Virus record (IMG/VR): IMGVR_UViG_3300031413_000005
Coordinates: 1-64,000 of that record
Length of the DNA stretch: 64,000 nucleotides
Direction: 5' to 3' (one strand)
Source: a virus
Position 1 is the stretch's first letter. The number at the start of each line of letters is the position of its first letter. Below are positions 37,733-47,255 of this stretch, one piece after another. The notes under the pieces are model-generated. The model was not told where the DNA came from, ran no database searches, and worked only from the letters and a program-made list of their open reading frames with translations. The translations under genes were made by a program, and so were the position numbers.

Positions 37733-38700
37733 GCGGTTACCTCTTGGGTCTGGGTGAATGGTTTCATCCACGCCTCTGCGTCGCGAAGGATCGAGCTGAA
37801 GGAGAGCTCGGCACAGAAGTTGCGGAAGGCCGGCACGTCGACATCGCAGCGGGTTGCGCGAATGTTGATCGGTGCGGGGATTGAGGGATGGGAGAGATCC
37901 ATCAGCTCGAGCGCGAACTCGAACCGCTGTTTGACTTCGGGATCGTCACGGAGGTTTTGGTATTTGGTCGGCAGCAGGGTCGGTTGACCCTTCTTCGCCT
38001 TCGGGCAGGTCTGGCCGGCAGCTACCCAGCGCGCGACCGCTTCTTCCTGCGTGATGCGCTGGAGCTCGTGGACGTCGTCGAAGACGGACAAGAGCAATTC
38101 TGCCCCATCACCACCAACACCCGTGCGCGGCTTGATGTTGTCGCCCGTGTCGCCCTGGAGGGCCTTGGAGTGGACGAACGCTCGCTGCGTCTTGTAGCCG
38201 GTGAAGCCCTTGAACGTCGCCGCGGTGCATTTCTTCGCAGCGCGGTGGTCGCTCCACACGACGCCCGGCTCGACCAGCTGGCACCAATCCTGATCGCCCG
38301 TTTCGAGCATGACCGAGTCACCGTTTGCCAGTGCTCGACGCGTCATGATCGCCGCGAGATCGTCGGCCTCCATGTTGCCGGCGATGATCTGCGGAACGCC
38401 AAGGTAATGCAGACCACGAACGATGAACTGCTTCTGCGCCTTGTATTTGGCGCGCTCGTTGATCTGCTCCTGGGTCTTCTGTCGCGTGCCCTTGTATTCG
38501 GGGTAGCGATCGTAGCGCCAGGACCGCCCGTCCCACAGCACGACCGGCTTGGTCATGGTGGACTCGAGCATCTTACGGATCGTACCCAGAGCGCCATAGA
38601 TCGCGGTGGTCTCCTGACCGCCCGCCACCAGTGGTTTGCCCTTGCGAGCCGACGCAGCGAAACCAACGCTGTTTCCGTCAATGTAAGTGCGCATCGTCAT
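37729..38700 (-). CDS. 5'-3' exonuclease (FEN/T4 RNase H-like)
   Basis: IDGN, WDG, YPEYK..R, EADD, TGDQD, GDTGDNI. Confidence 0.9.
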   Translation of the reverse strand: MTMRTYIDGNSVGFAASARKGKPLVAGGQETTAIYGALGTIRKMLESTMTKPVVLWDGRSWRYDRYPEYKGTRQKTQEQINERAKYKAQKQFIVRGLHYLGVPQIIAGNMEADDLAAIMTRRALANGDSVMLETGDQDWCQLVEPGVVWSDHRAAKKCTAATFKGFTGYKTQRAFVHSKALQGDTGDNIKPRTGVGGDGAELLLSVFDDVHELQRITQEEAVARWVAAGQTCPKAKKGQPTLLPTKYQNLRDDPEVKQRFEFALELMDLSHPSIPAPINIRATRCDVDVPAFRNFCAELSFSSILRDAEAWMKPFTQTQEVTA

Positions 38701-38752
38701 GTGTGTCGTCTACCATGCACGACGCACGAGGTTCGATTGGGAACCTCGTGCG

Positions 38753-38790
38753 AGAACAAGACGCCGGGGAAAGGAGGCTACCCCGGCGTC
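38753..38790 (-). terminator. terminator after SSB gene
   Basis: GACGCCGGGG-11-CCCCGGCGTC then TTGTTCT. Confidence 0.65.
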
Positions 38791-38797
38791 TAACTTA

Positions 38798-39889
38798 TCA
38801 ATCGAGCGATGCGAGGATCGCGTCGATGTCCGCGCTGTTCGCGGGCGGCACGTCTGCCTTGGGAGGCGTCGGTGCCGGGGTCGGTGCTGCGACCTGCTGG
38901 ACCGGTGCCTGGACCGGAGCGACAGTCTCGACGACCGGTGCTGCGGTGCCGTTGATCGCGGCGAGAGCTGCCTCGATCGGATCGACCGGCGTATCGACGA
39001 CCGGCGTATAAACCGCGTCTTCGATCACGGGCGCACCAGCTGCGGGGCCACCGGCGTCGGTCGGGAGGCTGTCATCGAGAACCGACGTGACAGCCGCGGT
39101 CGAGATGTTCGTCACCGGAGGAGCCGTCAGTGCAGCGTTCGCGCTGCCTGCGCCGCCCGTGAGAACCGCTGCGACCGAACCTGCGCCGGCCGTGTTGATG
39201 CCCAGCTTGCCGAGCACGCCCAGAGCCTTCTGCTCCTTCGCTTCGAACAGTGCGGTGACCCAACCGTCGAGGTCGTGCGCCTTGTCGAGGATCGCAGCAC
39301 CGAGCGGTGCGGGCTTCGGCGTTGCGAGGAACGTGTATTTGGTGTCGTTCTTGCCCGTGCCGGTGCGGCTGCACTGGAACACATGACCGCGCGTCAGCGA
39401 GGCCAGGTCATGCGACGGATCGACGTCGAGATAGATCATGAACTGCGCCAGGATCATATCGAACTGCGTCTCGGACAGCTCGACCAGCACCGGCTCACCT
39501 GCCGGCTGCTCCTTGTCGTTCAGGATCAGTGCGTTGAAGATCACGCGCGGACCGCCGAGCATTTCCTTGAAATGGTCCTTGACGTCTTCCGACGGCGCAC
39601 GCTTCATGCCGTCGAACACCATCTCGCGCAGCGGGTCTTCCTGACCATAGGTCAAGAACTTGTCGCCGATGACCACGAGGTCGGCGCCGTCGAACGACTT
39701 GAGATACAGCTGACCGAAACGACGGTCCCAGTCTGCGTTCGGATCCTTGTCGGGCAGGATGCGGAACAGCGTGTCGCCGACCTTGAACTTGTAGGGGCGG
39801 AGACCCTTGCTCTTGCCAGCTGCGATGTCGCCGCGCTTTGCAGCGATACGATCGCGAAGGCTCAATGCAGTCGTCATGTCGAAATTCAC
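38798..39889 (-). CDS. single-stranded DNA-binding protein (gp32-like)
   Basis: FRILP, RTGTG..TKY, Pro/Ala linker, acidic-hydrophobic end DIDAILASLD. Confidence 0.7.
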   Translation of the reverse strand: MNFDMTTALSLRDRIAAKRGDIAAGKSKGLRPYKFKVGDTLFRILPDKDPNADWDRRFGQLYLKSFDGADLVVIGDKFLTYGQEDPLREMVFDGMKRAPSEDVKDHFKEMLGGPRVIFNALILNDKEQPAGEPVLVELSETQFDMILAQFMIYLDVDPSHDLASLTRGHVFQCSRTGTGKNDTKYTFLATPKPAPLGAAILDKAHDLDGWVTALFEAKEQKALGVLGKLGINTAGAGSVAAVLTGGAGSANAALTAPPVTNISTAAVTSVLDDSLPTDAGGPAAGAPVIEDAVYTPVVDTPVDPIEAALAAINGTAAPVVETVAPVQAPVQQVAAPTPAPTPPKADVPPANSADIDAILASLD

Positions 39890-39961
39890 TCCTTGTTGTG
39901 TTGTCTGCTATGCACGAACGTCGTGCGAAAAACTCTTGGCACTTACGGTTAGAGAGGTGGC

Positions 39962-40474
39962 TTATGCTCCCGGTGGTGCATCTGCGGTGCCAGTGCGAAC
40001 CGCGGACGCATCGCGACGGGCGCGGTAGCTTTCGGCTGACTGGCGTGCGGTCTGCACGGTCTGGTTGTTCTGCATCTGGGCGCGGGACAGATGCCCCAAG
40101 CCGGTCAGCATTTCAGTGCGCGTGCGGAAAGCGAAATACGCCATCTTGGTGATGGTCTCGATTTCCTCGGCATCGATCAGGAGGAGGGCGGTTGTCTTCA
40201 CCACGCCATCCAAGTCGACGGTGTCGCGAACGAGGTCCGCGGTCGCCTTCTCACCAGCGTTCACAAGCTCCGTGCGCACCCGCTTGGCGACCGACGCTCG
40301 CGTCGTCTTATCCAAGAGCTTGATACGTGCGGCCTGCTTCTGTGCGCCGGCATGCTTGATGCCGTAGAAGGCGCACATCTGCGTTTGCGTTCGCATGGCC
40401 TCCGAAATGTCGTCCTGATGGGCGGCGATGTCCTTGAGGAAGGTATCGACGTCCATGAATTGTTCTAGCTGCAA
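39962..40474 (-). CDS. helical protein, possible UvsY-like recombination mediator
   Basis: All-helical 170 aa next to SSB; function inferred from context only. Confidence 0.5.
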   Translation of the reverse strand: MQLEQFMDVDTFLKDIAAHQDDISEAMRTQTQMCAFYGIKHAGAQKQAARIKLLDKTTRASVAKRVRTELVNAGEKATADLVRDTVDLDGVVKTTALLLIDAEEIETITKMAYFAFRTRTEMLTGLGHLSRAQMQNNQTVQTARQSAESYRARRDASAVRTGTADAPPGA

Positions 40475-40515
40475 GATCCTTTTCCTTCAGTGCGTCCCTT
40501 CGACTGCATGTGTGT

Positions 40516-40543
40516 CGTCTACCATGCACTTGCGGGATTGCAA
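40516..40543 (-). promoter_or_regulatory. promoter/operator at 3' end of dnaE
   Basis: TTGCAA-16-TAGACG within motif 40505-40529. Confidence 0.55.
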
Positions 40544-43500
40544 GCGTCATTATCGACCAATTTCGCAGCGTCCCTAAAAAGATTGGTGAGCGTCTCCCGC
40601 TTTGCCTCGTCGTGGTAGATCTGGGTCGGGTTGAAACCGATGATGACGGTCGCATCCATCTCGGACGAGTAGGACATCTTGCCGCAATGCTCGGCCATGC
40701 CGCCCTTCAGGTCGGGGAAGAACGCGCGCGTGGCGTTGGCACCCAGCGTGATGATGACCGGTGGCTTCAGGATCTCGATCTCGCGCTTCAGGAACGGCTG
40801 CGCGGCCATGACCTCGTCGCGCGGGACTTCCTTCTCGCCCTTGCGCTTCGGCCGGCGTGCGCACCACGTCCAGTAGGCGTGCTCGACATGCAGCCCGCTC
40901 TCGACGAGCGACGGGCGAATGAACTGCTCGAAGCTGAAGGTCTGAGGCAGGGTCTGGTAATCGTTCAGCGGGTGATCGAGCACCACCATGATGCGCGGGT
41001 CGTTCCCGGCGTAGCCCTCCATCGCTGCGCTCCCCAGCGCTGCCTTCATCTCGGTGATGAGGCGATCGAGGGCATCGGCCGTCAGATCGTCCTGGGGGAT
41101 GACGCGCTCGGCTGACACGCCCTGGTCCATCACGCCGGGCATGAGTGCGATCTGGTCGCGCTTGCGGCACTCGTCGGTTGCGGCCGGCTGGCCGGGCTCG
41201 ATGCGCGAGAACGCGCCAACCTTGTCGAGGTTCTCCATGCCGCGGCTGGTCAGGAGCTTGCCTGGGATGCGGTTGCGCACGTCCTCCATCGAGACGAAGC
41301 GGCCCGGCCCCCACTGGTGCTTGAACACCTCGCGCGCTTTACCGCGCTTACCGTTGCTGCTCTCGGTGAAGACCGGTTCCGTCGTCGTGCGAGCTTCTAT
41401 GATCGCAGCCGCACCATTCGCAGATACGTGCATGACCGACGACAGCGGTGCGCACAGCACGGTGTCGTTGAGCGGCTCGAAGCGTGCCGTCGACACGTTG
41501 ATGTCAGGCGGGATCACCGTGATGCCGTCTTCCTTCGCCTGCTTGATGAGGCCGGGGAGCTTGTCAGGATGCACGACCGTCATTGCCGCGGCGTAGAACT
41601 CGATCTTGTAATTGGCCTTCAGATACGCGGCCTGGTACGAGATCAGCGTGTATTCGACCGCGTGGCTGCGGTTGAAAGCGTAGCCCGCGAACTTCTCAAT
41701 GCCGTCGAACAGCGCACCGGCTGGTATCGCGTCCATGCCTGCGACCTTGAAGGCGCCATCGACGAACTTGTCGCGCTGCTCGGCCATCATGTCCGCGTCC
41801 TTTTTGCCCATCGCCTTGCGGAGGACGTCTGCCTCGCCCGGCGTGAAGCCGCACAGCGCGCGCGCCACGAGCATCACCTGCTCCTGGTAGGTGACGACGC
41901 CGAAGGTCGTGTTGAGGACTGGCTCGACCAGCGGATTCACATAGCTGACGGCACGATTGCCGGCGCGACGCTCGATGTATTCCTCGCACAGACCTGCATC
42001 GAGAGGCCCTGGGCGGTTGAGCGCGTTGAGCGCCACAAGATCTTCAAACGAGAGAGGACCGCCGCGTGCCATCTGCTTGAGCAGACGACGCACGCTGGCG
42101 CCCTCGAACTGGAAGATACCGCTGGTGCGTGCGGAGGTGAAAACGTCGAGCGTCTTTTCATCGTAGAGGTCCAGGCTGTTGAGGTCGATCGTGACGCCGT
42201 GCCGCTGCTTGATGAGGCGCAGCGCGTAATCGAAGACGTCGAGCGTCGAGAGGCCGAGCACGTCGAGTTTCACGAGGCCCTGATCCTCGGACACGCGCTT
42301 GTCCCAGTTGATGACGCGACCACCGTTGCGGCGTTCGAGCACGGCGCGCTCCTCCAGATCCACGCCCGCGACGACGACGCCGGCTGCGTGCTGACCGAAG
42401 GTGCGCATCTTGCCTTCGAGCGCGACGGCATGGCTCCAGGCCAGCGGTTCGGCTTCAGCGAATGCGGCAACCTCGGGCGCGGCCTCGCGGCTGTCTTCGA
42501 GGCTCATGGCTTCACCGTGAACATCGCCGACAAACTTGGTGACGCCCGCCTGATCGCCCTTGTCATGGATGCGCAGCACGGAGCGAAGCGCGTCCTTCGC
42601 GCCCATCGAGTTGTAGTTGACGATGCCCGCCACGCGCGCGGCGCCATACTTGCCGGTGAGATACTCGACGACCTCGCCACGGCGCGAGGACATGAAGTCG
42701 AGATCGGCGTCGGGAAGATCGAGGCGGTCGGGGTTGATGAAGCGCTCGAACAGCAGGTTGAAGCGGATCGGGTCAACGTCGGTGATGCCCATCAGGTACG
42801 CGACGAGGCTACCGCCCACCGAACCGCGGCCTGGGCCGACGAGGATGCCTTGCGCCTTCGACCACCGCACGAGGTCGGACACGAGCAGGAAGTATTGCGA
42901 GAAGCCCAGCGTCTTGAGAACGCCCAGCTCGAACTTGAGGCGCGGCAGGTAATCGCTTGCGAGCTCGGCCGGGGTTGGCTGGTGACCGAACACGGGCGCG
43001 GTGAAGCGCTCGCTCCAGCCCCGCTTGCACGCGTCGGTCAGCGCCTGGTCGCAATCGACCTCGACGATCGGCAGTGAGGGGTCTTGCTTCGACCACCGGT
43101 AGGCGCACAAGCTCACGAGGCGCTCGGTATTGCGCAAGCCTGTCTGGAACAGCGGCTTTGCCTGGGTGCCGTAGCGCTGCTCGATCTGGAGCGCGGTCTC
43201 GACGGACTTGCTGACCAGCGCGGGGAGGGTGAGGGGCACGAACTCGGACGCCGGCCGCAGATAGTCGAAGTACGGGCGGTTCTCGGCGATCGAGGCGTTG
43301 ATCGAGTAGACCAGCTCGTTGCCTTCGAGCCAGAACATCGGCTGGATCACGATCGGCTCGGCCTTGGCAGCGGTGCCCCACTTGATCGCGCGGTTGTTGA
43401 TGCGCGTGAAATACGGTGTCGGTGACGGGATGAGCTCGTAAAAGACCGCTGCGAACTGGCAGCTGGTGACAAGCTTGGTGAGACCTGCTGCGCTTTCCTT

Positions 43501-43923
43501 GCGCTGTAGCGCGCTATCGAGGTCACCGGTGGTCAGCACAAGATGCGCAGGGTCGACCAGCTCGCGAATGTCGTCCCAGGTGACGCGCGCGACATAGTAG
43601 AAGCGATCCTCCTGAAAGCCGCGGGAGATCAGGCGGTAGAGGCTCTGGAGCCCTTCGACGCTGGTAGGCCACAGTTTGATGTAGCTGGCGCTCGCTTCCT
43701 TGGTGACTTCCTCGATCACACGGATGCGCGCACCGATCATAACCTGCTTGTCGGCCTTTTTGAACGCCTTGGTGGCGTCGATCAGCGAGGACACTGACAT
43801 CGTGTCGCAGATCCCGACGATGTCGGTGTCGAGCGTGGTGGCGACGTCGATCAGGTTCGATACGGCGAGCGTCGACTCTCCCAGCGAGAAATCGGTGCGG
43901 GCGCCAAGGGCAGGGTAGATCAT
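40519..43923 (-). CDS. dnaE: DNA polymerase III alpha (family C) with C-terminal UDG-like domain
   Basis: PHP-like N-terminus, GPGRGS, FERF..P, PDADLDF, KLDVLGL, YQEQ, FNRSH; last ~170 aa has PFLKREIEILKP..IITLG. Confidence 0.93.
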   Translation of the reverse strand: MIYPALGARTDFSLGESTLAVSNLIDVATTLDTDIVGICDTMSVSSLIDATKAFKKADKQVMIGARIRVIEEVTKEASASYIKLWPTSVEGLQSLYRLISRGFQEDRFYYVARVTWDDIRELVDPAHLVLTTGDLDSALQRKESAAGLTKLVTSCQFAAVFYELIPSPTPYFTRINNRAIKWGTAAKAEPIVIQPMFWLEGNELVYSINASIAENRPYFDYLRPASEFVPLTLPALVSKSVETALQIEQRYGTQAKPLFQTGLRNTERLVSLCAYRWSKQDPSLPIVEVDCDQALTDACKRGWSERFTAPVFGHQPTPAELASDYLPRLKFELGVLKTLGFSQYFLLVSDLVRWSKAQGILVGPGRGSVGGSLVAYLMGITDVDPIRFNLLFERFINPDRLDLPDADLDFMSSRRGEVVEYLTGKYGAARVAGIVNYNSMGAKDALRSVLRIHDKGDQAGVTKFVGDVHGEAMSLEDSREAAPEVAAFAEAEPLAWSHAVALEGKMRTFGQHAAGVVVAGVDLEERAVLERRNGGRVINWDKRVSEDQGLVKLDVLGLSTLDVFDYALRLIKQRHGVTIDLNSLDLYDEKTLDVFTSARTSGIFQFEGASVRRLLKQMARGGPLSFEDLVALNALNRPGPLDAGLCEEYIERRAGNRAVSYVNPLVEPVLNTTFGVVTYQEQVMLVARALCGFTPGEADVLRKAMGKKDADMMAEQRDKFVDGAFKVAGMDAIPAGALFDGIEKFAGYAFNRSHAVEYTLISYQAAYLKANYKIEFYAAAMTVVHPDKLPGLIKQAKEDGITVIPPDINVSTARFEPLNDTVLCAPLSSVMHVSANGAAAIIEARTTTEPVFTESSNGKRGKAREVFKHQWGPGRFVSMEDVRNRIPGKLLTSRGMENLDKVGAFSRIEPGQPAATDECRKRDQIALMPGVMDQGVSAERVIPQDDLTADALDRLITEMKAALGSAAMEGYAGNDPRIMVVLDHPLNDYQTLPQTFSFEQFIRPSLVESGLHVEHAYWTWCARRPKRKGEKEVPRDEVMAAQPFLKREIEILKPPVIITLGANATRAFFPDLKGGMAEHCGKMSYSSEMDATVIIGFNPTQIYHDEAKRETLTNLFRDAAKLVDNDACNPASAW

Positions 43924-44459
43924 GCGAGCTCCAGATGGGGGCCGCGAAAGCGTGCGCGGCCGGCAGAAATGAGAAGTGAAACCTCGCGCGTCGCGGTTCG
44001 TGCGGCGCTGCTGTAGGTCAGGTTTGAGCGCTCTTGCAGAGCGTCGGCTATCTCTTTGCGTGTCGATGGTGCTTCACCGATCAGCGAGACGATGGTGCGC
44101 ATGTGCTTCGACAAGCCGCCCAGTTCATCGGCAGAGCAGGTGCGCGGATCGACTTTGGTGCGAGCCGCGCGCGCGAGCGTCGCGGTGTTGCGCACATCGC
44201 CCACCTCGAGAGCCATCGTGACCAGGCCGTCGTCGAGCTGTGCCTGCTTGGCCTTCTTGCGCTCGGTCTTGGTGAGCCATGCGTAGCTCATCTCGCGACC
44301 AGTTGTGCCGTCGGTGAAGCGATCCAGCAGCGCGAGAACGCGCGGCCTGATCTCGTTCACGCGAGCTTGGCATTCGACATGCGCAGGGCACGCTTGGCAC
44401 ATTGGCTCTTTGTGGTCGTAGGAGATCATGGAGCCGAAGCATCCGGGGGCGGTGTGCAT
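43920..44459 (-). CDS. hypothetical protein (N-terminal Cys cluster, C-terminal HTH-like)
   Basis: PGCFG...CQAC....EC. Confidence 0.65.
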   Translation of the reverse strand: MHTAPGCFGSMISYDHKEPMCQACPAHVECQARVNEIRPRVLALLDRFTDGTTGREMSYAWLTKTERKKAKQAQLDDGLVTMALEVGDVRNTATLARAARTKVDPRTCSADELGGLSKHMRTIVSLIGEAPSTRKEIADALQERSNLTYSSAARTATREVSLLISAGRARFRGPHLELA

Positions 44460-44496
44460 GTGTGTCGTCTACCACAAGGGCCGGGAACGGAAAACC

Positions 44497-44529
44497 AAAA
44501 AATGGGCGACCGATTGCTCGATCGCCCCA
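44497..44529 (-). terminator. rho-independent terminator after cobS-like gene
   Basis: GGGCGATCGA-GCAA-TCGGTCGCCC then ATTTTTT. Confidence 0.85.
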
Positions 44530-44574
44530 GTTTGAGGAGGAGGACTTCAGAGCAGGCCCTCGGCGCTCATCTCG

Positions 44575-45840
44575 TTATCCGAAGACGCGCTGTGCGGCCT
44601 GGCGCACCGCTTCGCCTTCGATCTTGCCCAAGCGATTGACGTAGTTGAGGTCGAGCCCATGCCGGTAGCGACCACCGGTTGCGACGCCTTTGCGAGCAGC
44701 ACCGAGCAGCTCGCGCGGGGAGATGGGGAGGCTGATCTCGCCCGCCTCATACATCGTGCGAACGCGGGTCGCGAAGTCGACCAGCTTGGCGGCGACATCG
44801 ATCTTGATGCCGATCCGCTTCACGATCATCGCCTTTTCGATCTCGTTCGAGGGATAGTCGACGCGGATCGAGGTGCCGAAGCGCGAGTAATTCGCGGCGT
44901 TACCGACCTTGGTGCCGCTATACAGACCGGTGTCGTCGCCCGACCCGTTGGTGTTGCCTGTTGCGAAGAAGCGAAAGTTGGGGTGCGGCTTCACGCGACG
45001 CATCGAGGGCGGCGCCTCCTTGATATACAGATCCTTGCCCTCGAGGACCGGCTGGTAGACCGAGAGCACGCCGGCGTGGGCGACGTCGTATTCGTCGGCC
45101 AGATAGACCCAGCCATTGAGCATCGCTTCGGCGAGCGGGCCGTAATCGAACTCGGTAGCGCCGTTACGCACGACCATCTGACCGACGATGTGGCTTTCTT
45201 CGGTCGTGTCGGTGTGCTGGACGCGCAGCATCGGGCGCTTCGTGCGGGCGCACGCCTGCTCGACGACCGTCGTCTTGCCCGTGCCGTGCGAGCCGAAGAC
45301 ATAGCAGTTATCGTTGAGCGCCAGCGACATCAGCATGTCCTTGAGCTCGTCGACGCGGAACACGTAATCGTTGTCGATCTCCGGGACCGCCTCGAGATCT
45401 GCGGGGCTGTGGTTCTGGAGGACGTCGATCTGGATCACGTCACCTTCCGTGCGACCGCGGCGCGGTGCGGTGCGGGTGGACTCGTTGAGCTCCAGGCCGA
45501 AGACCTCCCACATCGGCAGCTTGATCGCCATGCCGGGGCCGACCTCTGCGATCAGCTTTGCCTGGCGCTCGTTCTGAAGGCGCTCCTCGTTCTTGCGCGC
45601 GGTCTCGCGATCGATGTGCTGGCGCATCGCTGCGTCGTATGCGGCCGACGTCAGCGGTGCGTCGGGAAACTGCTTGCGATACTCACCAACGAGAACCTCG
45701 GGGTCGGCCGCGCCGAGCTCACCGGTCTGCTGGAGGTGCTTGCCGATGTGGTGGCTGGCGGCGCCGCACATGCGGCAAACGACCTGCCCATCGGGCGCGA
45801 GGTCGGTAGAAACTGGCTTGGTCATCGTTGCGGTCGACAT
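44575..45840 (-). CDS. cobS: CobS/MoxR-like AAA+ ATPase with N-terminal Zn finger
   Basis: GSHGTGKT, LADEYD, ATGNTNGSGD, SPRE; CxxC..H..H at N-terminus. Confidence 0.85.
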   Translation of the reverse strand: MSTATMTKPVSTDLAPDGQVVCRMCGAASHHIGKHLQQTGELGAADPEVLVGEYRKQFPDAPLTSAAYDAAMRQHIDRETARKNEERLQNERQAKLIAEVGPGMAIKLPMWEVFGLELNESTRTAPRRGRTEGDVIQIDVLQNHSPADLEAVPEIDNDYVFRVDELKDMLMSLALNDNCYVFGSHGTGKTTVVEQACARTKRPMLRVQHTDTTEESHIVGQMVVRNGATEFDYGPLAEAMLNGWVYLADEYDVAHAGVLSVYQPVLEGKDLYIKEAPPSMRRVKPHPNFRFFATGNTNGSGDDTGLYSGTKVGNAANYSRFGTSIRVDYPSNEIEKAMIVKRIGIKIDVAAKLVDFATRVRTMYEAGEISLPISPRELLGAARKGVATGGRYRHGLDLNYVNRLGKIEGEAVRQAAQRVFG

Positions 45841-45938
45841 TCTGGTAACTCCTCGTGAACCGTCTTGCGCGGTGCATTCTCTCTAGCAGCGTTTTGAGCG
45901 CTTGTGCATGGGTGTTGTTGACCATGCACAAAGAGCCG

Positions 45939-47255
45939 TCATTGAATCAAGAATTTTTTCAGCACGCCCATCAGCTTTGCGGGCATCTCGGCCACCTCGT
46001 TGATGACGAGCGAGTTAGGATAATAGCCCTGCACGCCAGCGTATTTGATCCCGACACCGACCACATCGATCCCGGCCGCGGTGACCTCACGGACCATCTC
46101 GCCGGCATGCTGCTGGTAGGGGTGCGTCGCGGGATTGACGCCGCGGTTCTTCTTGGGGTCAGCCTTGAGCGCAGCAGCGTCGGGGTGGAACACAGGCCCC
46201 ATTGGTTTGCCGTCCGACATGACGATAAGCATTTTGCGCTTCTGCGGTTGGGCGAGAAGACGGCGCGCTGCAAACTCGACCGAGCAGCCCTCGATCGTTC
46301 CGTTCATCGTGATGGCGCTGCGAGAGTCGTGAACGGCAGCAAAGCGGCGCTGGACATCGAGATTGAAGGGCTCGTGAAATTCCTTGAAGCGGGGATACTC
46401 GAGCGGCGTCCAGCGCGTGATCGGCGCGATGTCGTGCGCGCGCTGAACCTCGGCCTGATAGTCCGCGGTCGGCTGGAAAGTCATCGCGGTGGTATAGCCG
46501 ACAACCTCGAAAGGGACGCCCACGCGCGTCAGCACAGATCCGAGCGCGTAAGCGGCGCGGACCGCAAGCGACATGGCTGACTGGTCCCAAGTGGACTGAC
46601 CGCCGTTCTGCATCGAGCCCGAGCAGTCCAGCAGCAGCGTGATCGCGGTGTCGAGGGCAGGGGCCTCTTGCTTGCGGCTGAATACGCGATCGTCACCCGA
46701 GAGGACGCGATGCAGGTTCGGCGCGTGAATGCGACCGCGGCGCTGACCGGGCAGGCGAACCGATTGCGTCTTGGCGGCGATCAGTCGCGTGATGTCTTTC
46801 TGAAGCGGACCGACCGCGGTTGCCGTTGCCGCCTGGATCTTGTCGAGCGTGACGCCGCGAGTGTTAATGTCGACGAGCTTGTCCAAGTCTTTCGTGAACA
46901 CGCGGTAGGCGTGACTGCGATCCGAGAGCTGACGCTCGATGAACACGGACAGCATGTCGTCCATGTCGACCACGTCGGCTGCGCTGAACTCGATCGGCGT
47001 CTCGGGCGCATCATCGGCCCCGCCACCAGAGCCGCCCTCGTCCTCGATGTCGACACCGTCGTCAGCTTCCTCCCACGCGCTCAGCTGGTCCTCGAGCTCG
47101 CGCATCTCCTTGAGGTGATCCGCGAACGCGGTGCTGGATTTCTCAAGCGCCTTGAGCGCGGGCTTCTGCGCTTCAGGCCAGTCTTTCGAGTAAGGTCCGA
47201 ACGTGTCGACGAGGTCGATTGCGGCGTCGATTGCGATATTGAGGCTCACCGTCAT
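45939..47255 (-). CDS. CobT-like C-terminal vWA-domain protein
   Basis: RGRIH, DCSGS MIDAS, YTT, SDGKP, GVGI. Confidence 0.85.
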   Translation of the reverse strand: MTVSLNIAIDAAIDLVDTFGPYSKDWPEAQKPALKALEKSSTAFADHLKEMRELEDQLSAWEEADDGVDIEDEGGSGGGADDAPETPIEFSAADVVDMDDMLSVFIERQLSDRSHAYRVFTKDLDKLVDINTRGVTLDKIQAATATAVGPLQKDITRLIAAKTQSVRLPGQRRGRIHAPNLHRVLSGDDRVFSRKQEAPALDTAITLLLDCSGSMQNGGQSTWDQSAMSLAVRAAYALGSVLTRVGVPFEVVGYTTAMTFQPTADYQAEVQRAHDIAPITRWTPLEYPRFKEFHEPFNLDVQRRFAAVHDSRSAITMNGTIEGCSVEFAARRLLAQPQKRKMLIVMSDGKPMGPVFHPDAAALKADPKKNRGVNPATHPYQQHAGEMVREVTAAGIDVVGVGIKYAGVQGYYPNSLVINEVAEMPAKLMGVLKKFLIQ

